DNA from: Candidatus Staskawiczbacteria bacterium
Lineage (GTDB): Bacteria > Patescibacteriota > Minisyncoccia > Minisyncoccales > Staskawiczbacteraceae
Direction: 5' to 3'
Assembly (NCBI GenBank): GCA_903885445.1
Contig: CAISIO010000036.1
Span: 37,485-101,484 of the forward strand
Length of the DNA: 64,000 bases
Positions within the stretch are counted from its first letter, which is position 1, and the number at the start of each line of letters is the position of its first letter. A program made the position numbers and the translations under genes. Under the pieces are notes generated by a model. The model made no database searches. It was not told the origin of the DNA and worked only from the letters and a program-made list of their open reading frames with translations. This document shows positions 48,546 to 58,456 of the stretch, piece by piece.

Positions 48546-50306
48546 TTAATTTCCCGGTCTTCCCCCTGCTCCTCCGCCGATAAATAAGCCTCTGGTTGCT
48601 CCCGTTGCTCCGCCGGCTGTTCTGTTTGCACTTGAAGCGGCGCTGGTGGCAGCAGCGGTTGTAGTACCGGCAATTGTTCTTACGACAACTTGGTCTCCTG
48701 CGGATAATCCTGAGGTTATTTCCGTATTTGTACCGTCGGCAACTCCAATTTGGACGGTTTTTTGTATTGGAGCTATTGCGGGAATAAATCCTTGGCTTGC
48801 TGTCGCGCTTGTCAAATCCTGTTTCTGGCTAAGAACCAAAACATAGCTAACCGCGCCTCTGGATTTAACCGCGCTATTGGGGACAGTTAAAACATTTTGC
48901 GCGGTGTTTGTGATTACGCTGGCCGTTACGCTCATTCCCGGTTTTATTCTGTCGTCTTGCGTATCAAAAGTAATTTGCACATTATAATTCACCACGCCTT
49001 GGCTGACGGTTCCTATGGTGTCTGTTCCCGTAACATGGCCGGCAATGCTCAAACCGTCAATTGCATCAAAAGTAAGAATTGCTTTCTGCCCCACTTTTAT
49101 TTTCGTAATGTCAACTTCGCTCAAGGAAATTTGGGTCATTTCGGTTTGTGTTATAAAAGTTATGGCAGATGTTCCCGAAGAAATTGTGTCGCCTTTTTTC
49201 ACGCTGACAGCTCCCACGACTCCGTCAAAGGGCGCGTAAATATAATAATTTGCGAGAGCGGCTTTCGCGTTATTGAGCGAGTTCTGGCTGTTTTGAAGCG
49301 ATAGCTGCTGGGACTGCAAGTCCAAATCCGAATTTGTGATGGCGCTTTGGTCGTTTTTTATTGTATTTTGAGCATTTAATAAAGTAATAATGTCCGAATT
49401 AGTCTTGCTTGCGTCGCTGTTTACCGATGAAAGATGGGTTGCCGCTCCTGCTGGTATTTTTATGTTGTATTTAGTTAAAGTATCAATATAAAATTGGATA
49501 AGGTTGTTGGTATCTTTTATCGCCTGGGAAATATCTTTTGTAGTATTGTATGTTTCGGTAATTAAGGAATCAATGGTTGTGTTATCAGAAAATCTTGTTG
49601 TTGCTTTATAGTCATTGAAATTTTTTGTATATTCGTCGGAAGCTGTTTTATAAGACTTCACCAGGCTATTTTTAAATGTTAAAGAATTTTCGTCATAATT
49701 GTATGCGCCATATGTATAGTAGTCGATATTTTGCTGGTAGCCATTAAAAGTGTTTCCGTAGATAATGCCCTGCAAATCAGTCATAACCGTCGGTAAATCG
49801 GTGAAAATATTTGAAATTGTATTGTATCCCGACTGGTAATCCTGGTTTAAAGCGTCAATTGCGTTTTGTTTGTTCTGCGGAACGCTCAACAACGGGTCGC
49901 CCTCCAATTTTTTTAGAGAAATTTGCGTTGACTGAAGGCTTGATTCGGCGCTTGTTATTGTTTTTTGCGCTTCAGTTGTGTCCAGCTCAAGTAAAAGAGT
50001 CCCTCTTGCAACCTTCTGGCCGGAAACCGCATTTAAATAAACAATTCTCCCGGACGCGCCCGAGCCCGGTGAAAGGGTCATTTGATTGGAAGCTGAAACC
50101 TGGCCTGTTCCGGAAACCGAGGAAATTATTGTCCCGTTTTCGGCCGAAGCTAAAACATAACGGGTTTGCCCGCTTGTGTTGGTTGAAGATGCGCGCCACC
50201 AATATCCGCCGGCCAACAAACACAAAATTATAATTATGCTGATTATTTTATGCTTGAATATAAAATTTTTGAAAAATCCGGCTATTTTTTTAATAGCATT
50301 CATCAT
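48546..50306 (-). CDS. Efflux periplasmic adaptor subunit (HlyD/MacA-like) with Gly/Ala/Thr-rich C-terminal tail
   Basis: N-terminal anchor, coiled-coil, beta-barrel segments. Operon with ABC ATPase/permease. Confidence 0.7.
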   Translation of the reverse strand: MMNAIKKIAGFFKNFIFKHKIISIIIILCLLAGGYWWRASSTNTSGQTRYVLASAENGTIISSVSGTGQVSASNQMTLSPGSGASGRIVYLNAVSGQKVARGTLLLELDTTEAQKTITSAESSLQSTQISLKKLEGDPLLSVPQNKQNAIDALNQDYQSGYNTISNIFTDLPTVMTDLQGIIYGNTFNGYQQNIDYYTYGAYNYDENSLTFKNSLVKSYKTASDEYTKNFNDYKATTRFSDNTTIDSLITETYNTTKDISQAIKDTNNLIQFYIDTLTKYNIKIPAGAATHLSSVNSDASKTNSDIITLLNAQNTIKNDQSAITNSDLDLQSQQLSLQNSQNSLNNAKAALANYYIYAPFDGVVGAVSVKKGDTISSGTSAITFITQTEMTQISLSEVDITKIKVGQKAILTFDAIDGLSIAGHVTGTDTIGTVSQGVVNYNVQITFDTQDDRIKPGMSVTASVITNTAQNVLTVPNSAVKSRGAVSYVLVLSQKQDLTSATASQGFIPAIAPIQKTVQIGVADGTNTEITSGLSAGDQVVVRTIAGTTTAAATSAASSANRTAGGATGATRGLFIGGGAGGRPGN

Positions 50307-50322
50307 AAGTTGAGTGTTAAAA

Positions 50323-50790
50323 TTATTTATTTTGTGGAACGGCCAGAGGAGCTGGCATTACTCTTATGAGTTGCGCTTCAATTTGTCCGGTTGCATTGGG
50401 CTGGCCGATTACAACCAGATTATCGCCAATTTTAAGGTCAGTTATTTTTTCGCTTTTATTCTGAAATTTTATGCTAACATCTTCGTCCGCGATTATAACT
50501 TTTTCAACGCCGTCCTTGCCTTTTATGGTCAGGCTCGTTCCTTCAATTTTTATTATCTGTCCGAATACGCCGTTGCCGGGAGTGAATCCCCTTCCCGCTG
50601 GGTCCCCCAAAAACCCTCCCTGAGGACCGCCGAAATTACTGTGATAGGCTTCTGCCCATCTGAAAGAAAAATCTGCCCGCCTTGTCCCGGTATAAACTCC
50701 CATTCCGAAAACAAAAACTAGAACAATCAGGCCCGCTACGCTCAAAATTACTATCTTAAATGTTTTTGATTCTAAAATATTATTTTGCAT
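50323..50790 (-). CDS. Hypothetical secreted protein
   Basis: 155-aa ORF with N-terminal TM. Confidence 0.4.
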   Translation of the reverse strand: MQNNILESKTFKIVILSVAGLIVLVFVFGMGVYTGTRRADFSFRWAEAYHSNFGGPQGGFLGDPAGRGFTPGNGVFGQIIKIEGTSLTIKGKDGVEKVIIADEDVSIKFQNKSEKITDLKIGDNLVVIGQPNATGQIEAQLIRVMPAPLAVPQNK

Positions 50791-51157
50791 ATATTATTGT
50801 TTTTACGTTTCTAGTAAGAGATCTGGCTGATTGCAAAAGCGTTAGTACTACCGCCAAAAATACCGCCAAGCTTATCGCCGGCAATGTTTCCAGCAACATA
50901 AGAGTAAAACTTCTCCAATATACTGCCACCGATGAAAAGTCAGAGAATATCAAGGAAAAGAAATTAAAAAATCCTGACTGCGCAAAGTCGGCAGAAACCA
51001 TTCTAAAAGCAGGGATAAACCCAATTACCGATGCCGCCAGAGTGGCTGAAAACAAAATAACTTTTCTCCAAATTAAAACACGCTCTTCATGATGAATGCG
51101 TTTCATAATTTTTTCCAGCAAATTCCCCGGTGGCTCAATTTGGAGTTGCGAGTTCAT
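50780..51157 (-). CDS. Putative anti-sigma factor (membrane protein)
   Basis: Immediately downstream of ECF sigma gene, single TM, 125 aa. Confidence 0.4.
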   Translation of the reverse strand: MNSQLQIEPPGNLLEKIMKRIHHEERVLIWRKVILFSATLAASVIGFIPAFRMVSADFAQSGFFNFFSLIFSDFSSVAVYWRSFTLMLLETLPAISLAVFLAVVLTLLQSARSLTRNVKTIIYAK

Positions 51158-51207
51158 AACTAATATCTAATACGCAAGACAATTGCGTTTTGGTTTGTCA
51201 ACTGCAT

Positions 51208-51765
51208 TTAATTTTGCTTGATGTTCTTTCTCATATTGCCCAGCACCCTGCGATACCTGCTTTTTACCGTATTTATAGACTCATTGAATTCCTCGGCGAT
51301 CTCCTTAAAGCTCATTCCGTCGGTATGGCGCATTGTTATAATTTTCTGTTCATTTTGGGTAAGAGTTCCCATGACAGCCATCACGGTCTTTTCATCGCTT
51401 AACTTTTCTATTAAATTTAACGGTTTTGCGGCGATATTATCAACCAGCGGATTCTGGCCTTTCTCATTTTCAAATTTTGAAAACGGTATGGACTTTTTCT
51501 TTCGCAAGAAATCTATAGATGTATTTTTAGCTATCTGGAAAACCCACGGTTTAAAGTTTTTTTTCTGGTCAAACTTTTTTAAATTTTTCCAAACTTTCAC
51601 GAAAACTTCCTGCGTTATGTCTTCGGCGTCTGTTTGGCTCCCAACATTATTATACACAAAACTGTAAATCAGTTTCAAATATTTTGCAATCAAAATCTCC
51701 AGCGCGCTTCCGTCGCCATTTAGATACTTCTTTATTAATTCACTATCCAGCAAAATTTCCGACAT
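51208..51765 (-). CDS. ECF-type sigma-70 family RNA polymerase sigma factor
   Basis: Region 2 (...DAEDITQEVFVKVWKNL...) and region 4 HTH (...MSFKEIAEEFNESINTVKSRYRR...). Confidence 0.8.
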   Translation of the reverse strand: MSEILLDSELIKKYLNGDGSALEILIAKYLKLIYSFVYNNVGSQTDAEDITQEVFVKVWKNLKKFDQKKNFKPWVFQIAKNTSIDFLRKKKSIPFSKFENEKGQNPLVDNIAAKPLNLIEKLSDEKTVMAVMGTLTQNEQKIITMRHTDGMSFKEIAEEFNESINTVKSRYRRVLGNMRKNIKQN

Positions 51766-52258
51766 AATAATTATTTAAAATGCTCCAAGCGCGCTGCGAG
51801 TGTACCTGGCTGAAAAGAGACGTCGCGTCTTGACCGCAATAAGGAATTATTTGGCCCGGTCCGCCAGGATGTATTGGTATGTAGCTTGTTGCATTATAAA
51901 CTTTGTTATTTATTATAAGCCAGCAATTGCTTGAACTATTGTGTGTTGCAATTTGAGATGCCGTTATTCCCGAGGGCGTTGGCGTTGGAATGGGTGTAGG
52001 TGTAGGCGTGGGTATAGGAGTTGGGATTGGCGTTGGGACAGGAGTTGGCGCGGGCGTCGGCCCATCGTCGCCAGACTCGTCATCGCCAGTTTGGACTATA
52101 ACAGGAGTTGTTTTCGGCGGTAAATTTACATTTTGGTTGCTTGTTAATACTGGCGCATTCACAGCATTTTTTGAACTCATAAAAACTCCGGCGCCGAGCA
52201 CCGCGACAACCGCGACTATAAATATCATCAGCGAAATTGTAACTATATTCTTTAACAT
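51743..52258 (-). CDS. Secreted cytochrome b5-like heme-binding domain protein with Pro/Thr-rich linker
   Basis: N-terminal TM, (PTP)n linker, C-terminal ...HNSSSNCWLIINNKVYNATSYIPIHPGGPG... (HPGG heme-binding motif). Confidence 0.55.
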   Translation of the reverse strand: MLKNIVTISLMIFIVAVVAVLGAGVFMSSKNAVNAPVLTSNQNVNLPPKTTPVIVQTGDDESGDDGPTPAPTPVPTPIPTPIPTPTPTPIPTPTPSGITASQIATHNSSSNCWLIINNKVYNATSYIPIHPGGPGQIIPYCGQDATSLFSQVHSQRAWSILNNYYVGNFAG

Positions 52259-52317
52259 ATTATTTTCAGTTAATACTATCTATGCTGACTGGCAATCATA
52301 GCACGTTGGGCAAGATA

Positions 52318-53643
52318 TTAGTAGAGCTGGAACTCTTCAATGTGTATCTGCTTTTCTAGCGCTCCTTGCGCCAAAAACTGCTTTTTCATTGTGTCCATCA
52401 TGATTGCCGGCCCGCAAATTAAGATATCCCTCTCCATTAAGTCCTGCGTTTTTTCTTTAATCGCATCTGCTGTCAAAAATCCCATTGCTTTTGATATCCA
52501 AATAGTTGCATTCAAATTTTCATTTAGGCCGGCGATTTCCTGTATTTCATCTGCAAACGCAAGGCAATTTTCATCTTTAATAGAATAATACAAATCAATT
52601 TTATATTCACTGTCTTTTTCGTCCAAGCTTCTCAACATGCTCAAAAATGGAGTAATCCCGATTCCGCCAGCCACCCAAACCTGTTTTTTGTTGCTATGGT
52701 TTCTAAAATTAAAAACCCCAAACGGCCCTTCTATTTTTACCAAGTCTCCAACTTTCAAGCTTCCAAGTTTGTCTGTGTAGTCTCCCAATTCTTTTACGGC
52801 AATCTTCAACGGAGATCCCGTATTGGAGCTGAACGAAAACGGGTGCAATTCCCTTGATAATTCCTTGCTATAAAATTTAATAAATCCAAATTGTCCTGAT
52901 GTAAATTTAATCTCCTTGCCCACCGGTTTAAATTCTATTTCCCATATTTTATCTGGCAATAATTTTATATCTTTTACAGTATATCTCAAAACTTTAACTA
53001 AATAATCTGCAAATAAAGTCCTGTAAAAGAAAGCAACAATTGCGGTAATTCCCAGGACTAAAAAGTATGTTCTTAGCCCATTATTAAATGATAAGTCTGA
53101 CTTGATTAAGAAAGTATGAAAAATGGCGAAAACATATGCCAGCCCCAAAAATTTGTGCGTAAACCGCCAAACCTGGTATTTTATTTTTGTGTAAAAAGTG
53201 ATTACAAGCGTAATTATCATAACAAGAAGCCCGATTGTGCCGAAATTCTGCGCCCAATTTGCTCCGGGCAACAAAAACAAAGCTCCTTGCCTAAAAGAAA
53301 TCAAAAGATAATTATAAGCTAGGAAAAGCGGATGAAATAGCAATAAGATAAGCGCCACTCCGCCAAAAAAATGATGGGCGGTATATGCGTCGTTAATTCC
53401 TTTGAAAAATCTCTCAAAGATTTTCAAGCGCGCAGATAAAATTATAACCAAAGAAAACATCGCCATTCCGCAAAGCCCAAAAACATCGCCAATGTCCTTG
53501 GCGAAAACCGATAAACTAGAAAACATAAACTTCAATGGCGAACCATAAGGATTTCCAAAAAGCCAAAATAACAGAGGTGCCAAAGATAAAATAGATATTA
53601 TCCACCAGCCTGAATTTTGTAAAATTCTATTTGCTTTAATCAT
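52318..53643 (-). CDS. Ferric-reductase/NADPH-oxidase-like flavocytochrome (TM heme domain + FAD + NAD(P)H binding)
   Basis: 6-TM ferric reductase domain with conserved His, FAD-binding HPFS (HPFSFSS), NAD-binding GGIGITP. Confidence 0.7.
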   Translation of the reverse strand: MIKANRILQNSGWWIISILSLAPLLFWLFGNPYGSPLKFMFSSLSVFAKDIGDVFGLCGMAMFSLVIILSARLKIFERFFKGINDAYTAHHFFGGVALILLLFHPLFLAYNYLLISFRQGALFLLPGANWAQNFGTIGLLVMIITLVITFYTKIKYQVWRFTHKFLGLAYVFAIFHTFLIKSDLSFNNGLRTYFLVLGITAIVAFFYRTLFADYLVKVLRYTVKDIKLLPDKIWEIEFKPVGKEIKFTSGQFGFIKFYSKELSRELHPFSFSSNTGSPLKIAVKELGDYTDKLGSLKVGDLVKIEGPFGVFNFRNHSNKKQVWVAGGIGITPFLSMLRSLDEKDSEYKIDLYYSIKDENCLAFADEIQEIAGLNENLNATIWISKAMGFLTADAIKEKTQDLMERDILICGPAIMMDTMKKQFLAQGALEKQIHIEEFQLY

Positions 53644-53707
53644 TTATTCAAAATTACGAACAATTAAAAGCCGTACTTAGTATTACGGCTTTTTACGTGA
53701 ATTTGGT

Positions 53708-53926
53708 CTACTTTCCATCATCCTTTGCCTCGACTTCTTTTTTGATTTCCTCAAACTCGTTTTCTATTTGTTTCAATCTTTCCTTACTTTCTTTTATCAA
53801 AACCACCGCCTCTTTAACTTTTGCCAAGCCCTCTTCCACATCCACTTCTTCCCTATTATCAAACCAGTCCGATATCTCCGAAAGTTTTTTCAGATTATTA
53901 TTTAGATTGTTAGTTTCTTTTGCCAT
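53708..53926 (-). CDS. xseB: Exodeoxyribonuclease VII small subunit
   Basis: 72-aa helical protein immediately downstream of xseA, XseB-like pattern. Confidence 0.7.
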   Translation of the reverse strand: MAKETNNLNNNLKKLSEISDWFDNREEVDVEEGLAKVKEAVVLIKESKERLKQIENEFEEIKKEVEAKDDGK

Positions 53927-53941
53927 TTTTATTTTATATTT

Positions 53942-55126
53942 TTATTTAATTTCTTTCACTTCTGAAACAATTATACCATCAGAAACTTTTATATTCACGT
54001 CTTGCCCGATTTTTGTGTCGCTTGTCTTCCTGACTATTTTCCCGCCAACCGACGCAATACTATATCCTAGCTTTAAATTCCTTTCGGGATTATTAAGATT
54101 TACCACTTTCTCTATTCCATTCAGTTTTTCGCGTGTTTTGTCGCACAATAAGATAAACCCTGTAAAATAGCTTTCCATTTGCTTATCCAAATTGGCGCCA
54201 ATATTCAAGATATTGTTTTTAAAATTCTGCAAAGATATTTTAAACTTGTTTTCAATTGTTTTATACTTTTCAAAAATCAGCCCATAACTGGCAAAAATTT
54301 TCCTTTCAAACCTTTCCAGCAACAACAACGCCTGTTCCCACGATTCATTCAGCAAATTAGCCACGGCAGTTGGAGTTGATTCGCTTCTGTCAGCTGCCAT
54401 TGCAACAAGCGGAACATCTTTATCGTGCCCAATTCCCACCAGCACCGGCACAGGAAACCCCACCACCTCGCGCACCAGCAGTTCATTGTTAAAAGGCATC
54501 AGCGATTCCATTGACCCGCCCCCTCTGATAATAACCAGCACATCAATATCTTTTTTTCTAAATGTTTTAATTGACTCCAGCAAATCTTCCACCGCCCCCT
54601 GCCCCTCAACCCTTGAATCAATCATTTTAATATCAAACCCAAACTTGCCAATATTATTTAAAAAGTCGTGTATGACCGCCCCTTGTTTTGAGGTAATCAC
54701 CCCAATTTTGTGCGGATATTTTGGAATTGCCCTTTTATTCTCCAAATCAAAAAGCCCTTCTTTGGCCAGCTTGTTTTTCAATTCATCGTACTGTTTTTTT
54801 ATATCGCCCTCGCCAGCCAATTCAATTGTATCTGCAATAAAAGACAGCCTCCCGTTTGGAGCATAAATCTCCGGCGCTCCATAAGCCACAATTTTCTTCC
54901 CCGGCTCCAAAGTAATCCCAAACAATCTATACTTTGAGCTCCACATTATGCAATTCAACATCGTCCCATCTTTCTCATCCTTCAAAGTAAAATACATATG
55001 CCCTGTTGGCCCAGCCTTAGCCTCGCCCACCTCCCCCACAATCCTCGCCTTCATCCACTTCAAATCCGCATTAACCACCGTAATAAACTCCGATACAGAA
55101 TAAATTTTATCCTTTTCAATTTCCAT
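53942..55126 (-). CDS. xseA: Exodeoxyribonuclease VII large subunit
   Basis: N-terminal OB-fold (tRNA_anti-like) and ExoVII large-subunit catalytic region. Confidence 0.85.
   Translation of the reverse strand: MEIEKDKIYSVSEFITVVNADLKWMKARIVGEVGEAKAGPTGHMYFTLKDEKDGTMLNCIMWSSKYRLFGITLEPGKKIVAYGAPEIYAPNGRLSFIADTIELAGEGDIKKQYDELKNKLAKEGLFDLENKRAIPKYPHKIGVITSKQGAVIHDFLNNIGKFGFDIKMIDSRVEGQGAVEDLLESIKTFRKKDIDVLVIIRGGGSMESLMPFNNELLVREVVGFPVPVLVGIGHDKDVPLVAMAADRSESTPTAVANLLNESWEQALLLLERFERKIFASYGLIFEKYKTIENKFKISLQNFKNNILNIGANLDKQMESYFTGFILLCDKTREKLNGIEKVVNLNNPERNLKLGYSIASVGGKIVRKTSDTKIGQDVNIKVSDGIIVSEVKEIK
54137..54150 (+). repeat. 14-bp motif copy F (TTTGTCGCACAATA) inside xseA coding sequence
   Basis: Encodes ...FILLCDKT... 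on the minus strand. 22/23 identical to copy C over 23 nt. Confidence 0.7.
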
Positions 55127-55234
55127 AGTTGATTTATTCTATCAGAATTTTGCTAAATAAAAAAGTTATTTATTCAAAAAAATAGTGCTAATGACGTCGC
55201 CGTCAGAAGCACCTACTAACATCGCGAAGAAGCC

Positions 55235-55834
55235 TCATTGTTTATACTGCCGTTGACGCCTGACGAGGGTGATAGTGCCCAAACCGAGTAGTACAATCGT
55301 CGCTGGCTCGGGTATAGCTACGCCCTCTATTCGATAATCAACAGTTAGATAAAAGTCTGTCCAAATCCCATCATGTTGACCGTTTTCTCCTGGGATATCT
55401 ATTGTAAGATACTCAACAGTAGCGCTTATACTGTCAATTCGGTATCCTTGCAGGTCATGACCATTGCCGTCGCATATAGACATCCAAATATCCCATTTAC
55501 TTGGGTCATCGGATGTAAAAAGGATTGGCATAATCATTGAGTCATCAATGCCGTCCGTTGCAAATGCGACGAATGCCGCAAAATTAGGGTCATTGTCTCT
55601 GTTAGCGATAAAGGTCTTCCCTACATCCTGGATGCCAACGGTTATGTCCAAAATTGGGGGAGAGATTGGATTATCGCCCCATTGATCACCAACGAAGATG
55701 GCTGTATTTATCTCGTGGACGATGCGGTGCATGCCGAACCCCCCATCGAAGGAATACGTCTCGATGACTTCCGCTGGGGAAACGCCGGAACAGAGCAGAC
55801 AGGTTGCCATAACCATAGTTGTGCAAGCCTTCAT
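55235..55834 (-). CDS. Secreted protein with PEP-CTERM-like C-terminal sorting signal (GC-rich)
   Basis: Signal peptide. C-terminus ...IPEPATIVLLGLGTITLVRRQRQ (PEP + hydrophobic span + Arg cluster). TTGACT-17-TATTAA promoter and AAGGAGA SD. Confidence 0.5.
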   Translation of the reverse strand: MKACTTMVMATCLLCSGVSPAEVIETYSFDGGFGMHRIVHEINTAIFVGDQWGDNPISPPILDITVGIQDVGKTFIANRDNDPNFAAFVAFATDGIDDSMIMPILFTSDDPSKWDIWMSICDGNGHDLQGYRIDSISATVEYLTIDIPGENGQHDGIWTDFYLTVDYRIEGVAIPEPATIVLLGLGTITLVRRQRQYKQ

Positions 55835-55972
55835 CAGTATTCTCCTTACAAGGGACTCTTCGTGACAACTTGTCGCGATAGATAATTAATACAACAAAAT
55901 ATGATTATAGTCAAACAAAAAACCGCCAATGGCGGTTTTGTTTTTGAACTAATCTTACGATTGTTAACGTGT

Positions 55973-56377
55973 TTATTCTTTTTTTTCTTCTACTTCCTCC
56001 GCTTTAACAAACTTCAATTCTTGTTTTTTAAAATTCACTAAAGCAATATGAGAGGAAAATAATTCAACGCCGCAAATTGCTTCTGTGGATTTTGGATTAT
56101 CAATCATAGAAGCTAATACCTGCTTTTCTACTCCGTCTACTATTACTTTTACGGAAAAATATAATACTGGTATCGGATAGCCATTAGCAAGCTCTGCTTC
56201 TCCTACGGAAGACAATTGTGCTCCTATGTCAATTAAATCAAGGATAGGTAAAGACAAACTTCCAGAATGGCCTGTATCAAATAACGCAGTTATTTGTTTT
56301 TTGTAGCCTTCTTTACTGCCGCTGATTTCTATGACAACCTTCGGGCTACCATCGCGTGCGTCAAAAATTCCAATCAT
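55973..56377 (-). CDS. Retropepsin-like (clan AA) aspartic protease
   Basis: ALFDTGHSGSLSLP contains the D-T/S-G active-site motif in a ~130-aa protein. Confidence 0.65.
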   Translation of the reverse strand: MIGIFDARDGSPKVVIEISGSKEGYKKQITALFDTGHSGSLSLPILDLIDIGAQLSSVGEAELANGYPIPVLYFSVKVIVDGVEKQVLASMIDNPKSTEAICGVELFSSHIALVNFKKQELKFVKAEEVEEKKE

Positions 56378-56378
56378 A

Positions 56379-56681
56379 TTACTGATAGCAAGGATTAAAA
56401 TTCAAGGAATAGCGGGAAGCTTTGTCCCCCTGTCCTATCCTTCTTATAAACATTATTTGGGTGGGGAATTCTTTTTTTGCCGAAGCAATTGCCTCGTCGG
56501 TTGTGTTCCCAATAAATTGTTTTCCCGAATTAACTTCAATAACTATATATTTACCATTCTGTATGGGTTCCAAAGCATTCTTAAGCCCATCATAAATCTT
56601 ATTTCCCTTGTCAATTATTTCTTGTATATTAGTCGGAGGTTTTGGTTGAGTTGGTTTTTCTTCTGGATTTGGATTTGTCAT
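56379..56681 (-). CDS. Hypothetical protein (DUF often paired with retropepsin-like proteases)
   Basis: 100-aa ORF abutting the protease gene. Confidence 0.4.
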   Translation of the reverse strand: MTNPNPEEKPTQPKPPTNIQEIIDKGNKIYDGLKNALEPIQNGKYIVIEVNSGKQFIGNTTDEAIASAKKEFPTQIMFIRRIGQGDKASRYSLNFNPCYQ

Positions 56682-56691
56682 AATTTTGTGT

Positions 56692-56916
56692 TTACTCCTC
56701 TATTATAAATTTTGAAATATCGTAAAGTTTTGATTTAACCTTGACGCCACCTTCGCATTCTAATACGCACATTCTGTGTTGATTGGTTGCGTCAGACTGG
56801 TACCCTTTATTTTTTACTTTTTCCGCGCATAGAACCGTTTTACCCAATAACTGAAATAAAAGTATCCAGCCGTGCTCATTAACGTAAAAACAGACTTTTT
56901 TCTTTTTGCTATCCAT
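56692..56916 (-). CDS. Hypothetical small Cys-containing protein
   Basis: 74-aa ORF, overlaps upstream ORF by 8 nt. Confidence 0.35.
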   Translation of the reverse strand: MDSKKKKVCFYVNEHGWILLFQLLGKTVLCAEKVKNKGYQSDATNQHRMCVLECEGGVKVKSKLYDISKFIIEE

Positions 56917-57106
56917 TTAATTCCTTTATTCTTTTCTCTTTTGTGAAATCACTGAGAACTTCTTCTACTTGATCGGCAGGTATTTTTAAGCTCAATACTA
57001 TATCAAAAGCACTTAAGGTTTTTACTCCATTAGTTTTTTCTTTCGCAATAAAATCAGCTACCTCTGTTTTAGCTTTTTTTATAGATAATTTTCTAAATTT
57101 CAACAT
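56909..57106 (-). CDS. Hypothetical small protein
   Basis: 65-aa ORF, translationally coupled to 56692..56916. Confidence 0.35.
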   Translation of the reverse strand: MLKFRKLSIKKAKTEVADFIAKEKTNGVKTLSAFDIVLSLKIPADQVEEVLSDFTKEKRIKELNG

Positions 57107-57293
57107 GGGAATTATTTTATTATTTTATCACAAAGCCCGTTTGTTAGACACTGTGGATAACTTTTTTTGCCAGAGATTTCTATGTTTATCACAAATATAT
57201 GGCGAAGTCAACACCTATTATTACGTATTATTTTAAATTTTAGATTAAATTTTTTTTGATAGCTTTCGTCGCCAAATTGATTTATTCTGTCTA

Positions 57294-57800
57294 TTATATT
57301 TTTATTTTTTCTTTGGCGGATTGGAGCAGGGCTAAATCTCGGGTGACCATATATGGGCCGTCTAGAACTATTGGTTTGCTTTCCTTAACTTTTTTTATTG
57401 CTTCATCAAGCGAAACCCAAACTGTTTCGAAACCTTCCTCGGCTTCATCTTTTTCCAAATGTGGAACGCCTTTTTCTCCAACAAGCTCGGCAATATAGCA
57501 ATATGAAATCTGTTTTAGATTAAATTCCTTTCTGTATTCCACGGTCAAACCCAATTCACCGGTAATTTTAACATTGCATCCAATTTCCTCCAAACATTCC
57601 CGTTTTAAAGCTTCTTCTTTTGTTTCGCCCTTTTCAATTCCTCCGCCGGGTAATTTATAATAAAAAGTTTTTGTTGCGTGAAGCAAAGCAACTAATTTAT
57701 TGCTATCAAAAACAATCGCCCTCGCCGCCTCGCGAATTTTATATCCATCCGCCTCCTCATCCGAAACATTTCTAATATTGATTAACTTAATCTGCTCCAT
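57294..57800 (-). CDS. NUDIX hydrolase
   Basis: Nudix box GGGIEKGETKEEALKRECLEEIG. Confidence 0.8.
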   Translation of the reverse strand: MEQIKLINIRNVSDEEADGYKIREAARAIVFDSNKLVALLHATKTFYYKLPGGGIEKGETKEEALKRECLEEIGCNVKITGELGLTVEYRKEFNLKQISYCYIAELVGEKGVPHLEKDEAEEGFETVWVSLDEAIKKVKESKPIVLDGPYMVTRDLALLQSAKEKIKI

Positions 57801-57804
57801 TGAG

Positions 57805-57824
57805 TTATTTTACTCTTTATCTAT
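57805..57824. repeat. Conserved promoter module copy R1 (revcomp ATAGATAAAGAGTAAAATAA)
   Basis: Same 20-mer found at 60345 and 62462, each immediately upstream of a minus-strand AT-rich enzyme gene. Confidence 0.7.
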
Positions 57825-57901
57825 ATTTTTGCAAAAAAAATCCCCAACGCGCTTTGATCTGCGTGGGGACATGAGACATTCAGTTGCACCGGGTGGCGCA
57901 A

Positions 57902-58405
57902 CTACTTGACGACGTATTCCTCGAAGTTCTCCTTGGGCGGATTGGGCTTGGTCTTGAACGGCGCCCAGTTGAACTTCGAACTTGAAGCGTTGTACTCCCT
58001 GGCCAGGTTGTTCCGTTGGGAAGCAACAGCGATGAGATCTTCCCTCGCTTGCTGACGCTCCCTATTGAACTGGACCTGGATGTGGGGTGGCCACTTGGAC
58101 CTGTCGTCGCCGTAGCTCTTGTACTGCTCGTCCACCGACGAGCCCCGCTTCTCGAACATGACGATGTCCTGGTCCATCTTCTTTATGCGGGCGTTCTGGT
58201 CGATGAACCATTCGTACTTCTCGAGCGCGGCCTTGGGGCCGAACTCCTGCTGGGCGACCACCGCCGCCTCGCCGAACCAGCCGAAGCCGTATCCGATGAC
58301 GCCCACGACCACGGAAAACGCCACCACGAAAAGGATGACCTTCCAGGTGATGGACCAAGGACCCTTCTCCGCCGCTTGCTGATACCCATTCCAGTTGTTG
58401 CTCAT
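57902..58405 (-). CDS. Hypothetical membrane-anchored protein (GC-rich)
   Basis: 167-aa ORF with N-terminal TM. Terminator CCCCAACGC..GCGTGGGG + T-run at 57839-57875. Confidence 0.4.
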   Translation of the reverse strand: MSNNWNGYQQAAEKGPWSITWKVILFVVAFSVVVGVIGYGFGWFGEAAVVAQQEFGPKAALEKYEWFIDQNARIKKMDQDIVMFEKRGSSVDEQYKSYGDDRSKWPPHIQVQFNRERQQAREDLIAVASQRNNLAREYNASSSKFNWAPFKTKPNPPKENFEEYVVK

Positions 58406-58456
58406 GCGATTCTCCTGTTCCCGAGGTTAATTGTTCCGTTCTGGTGCCCGTTCGTC

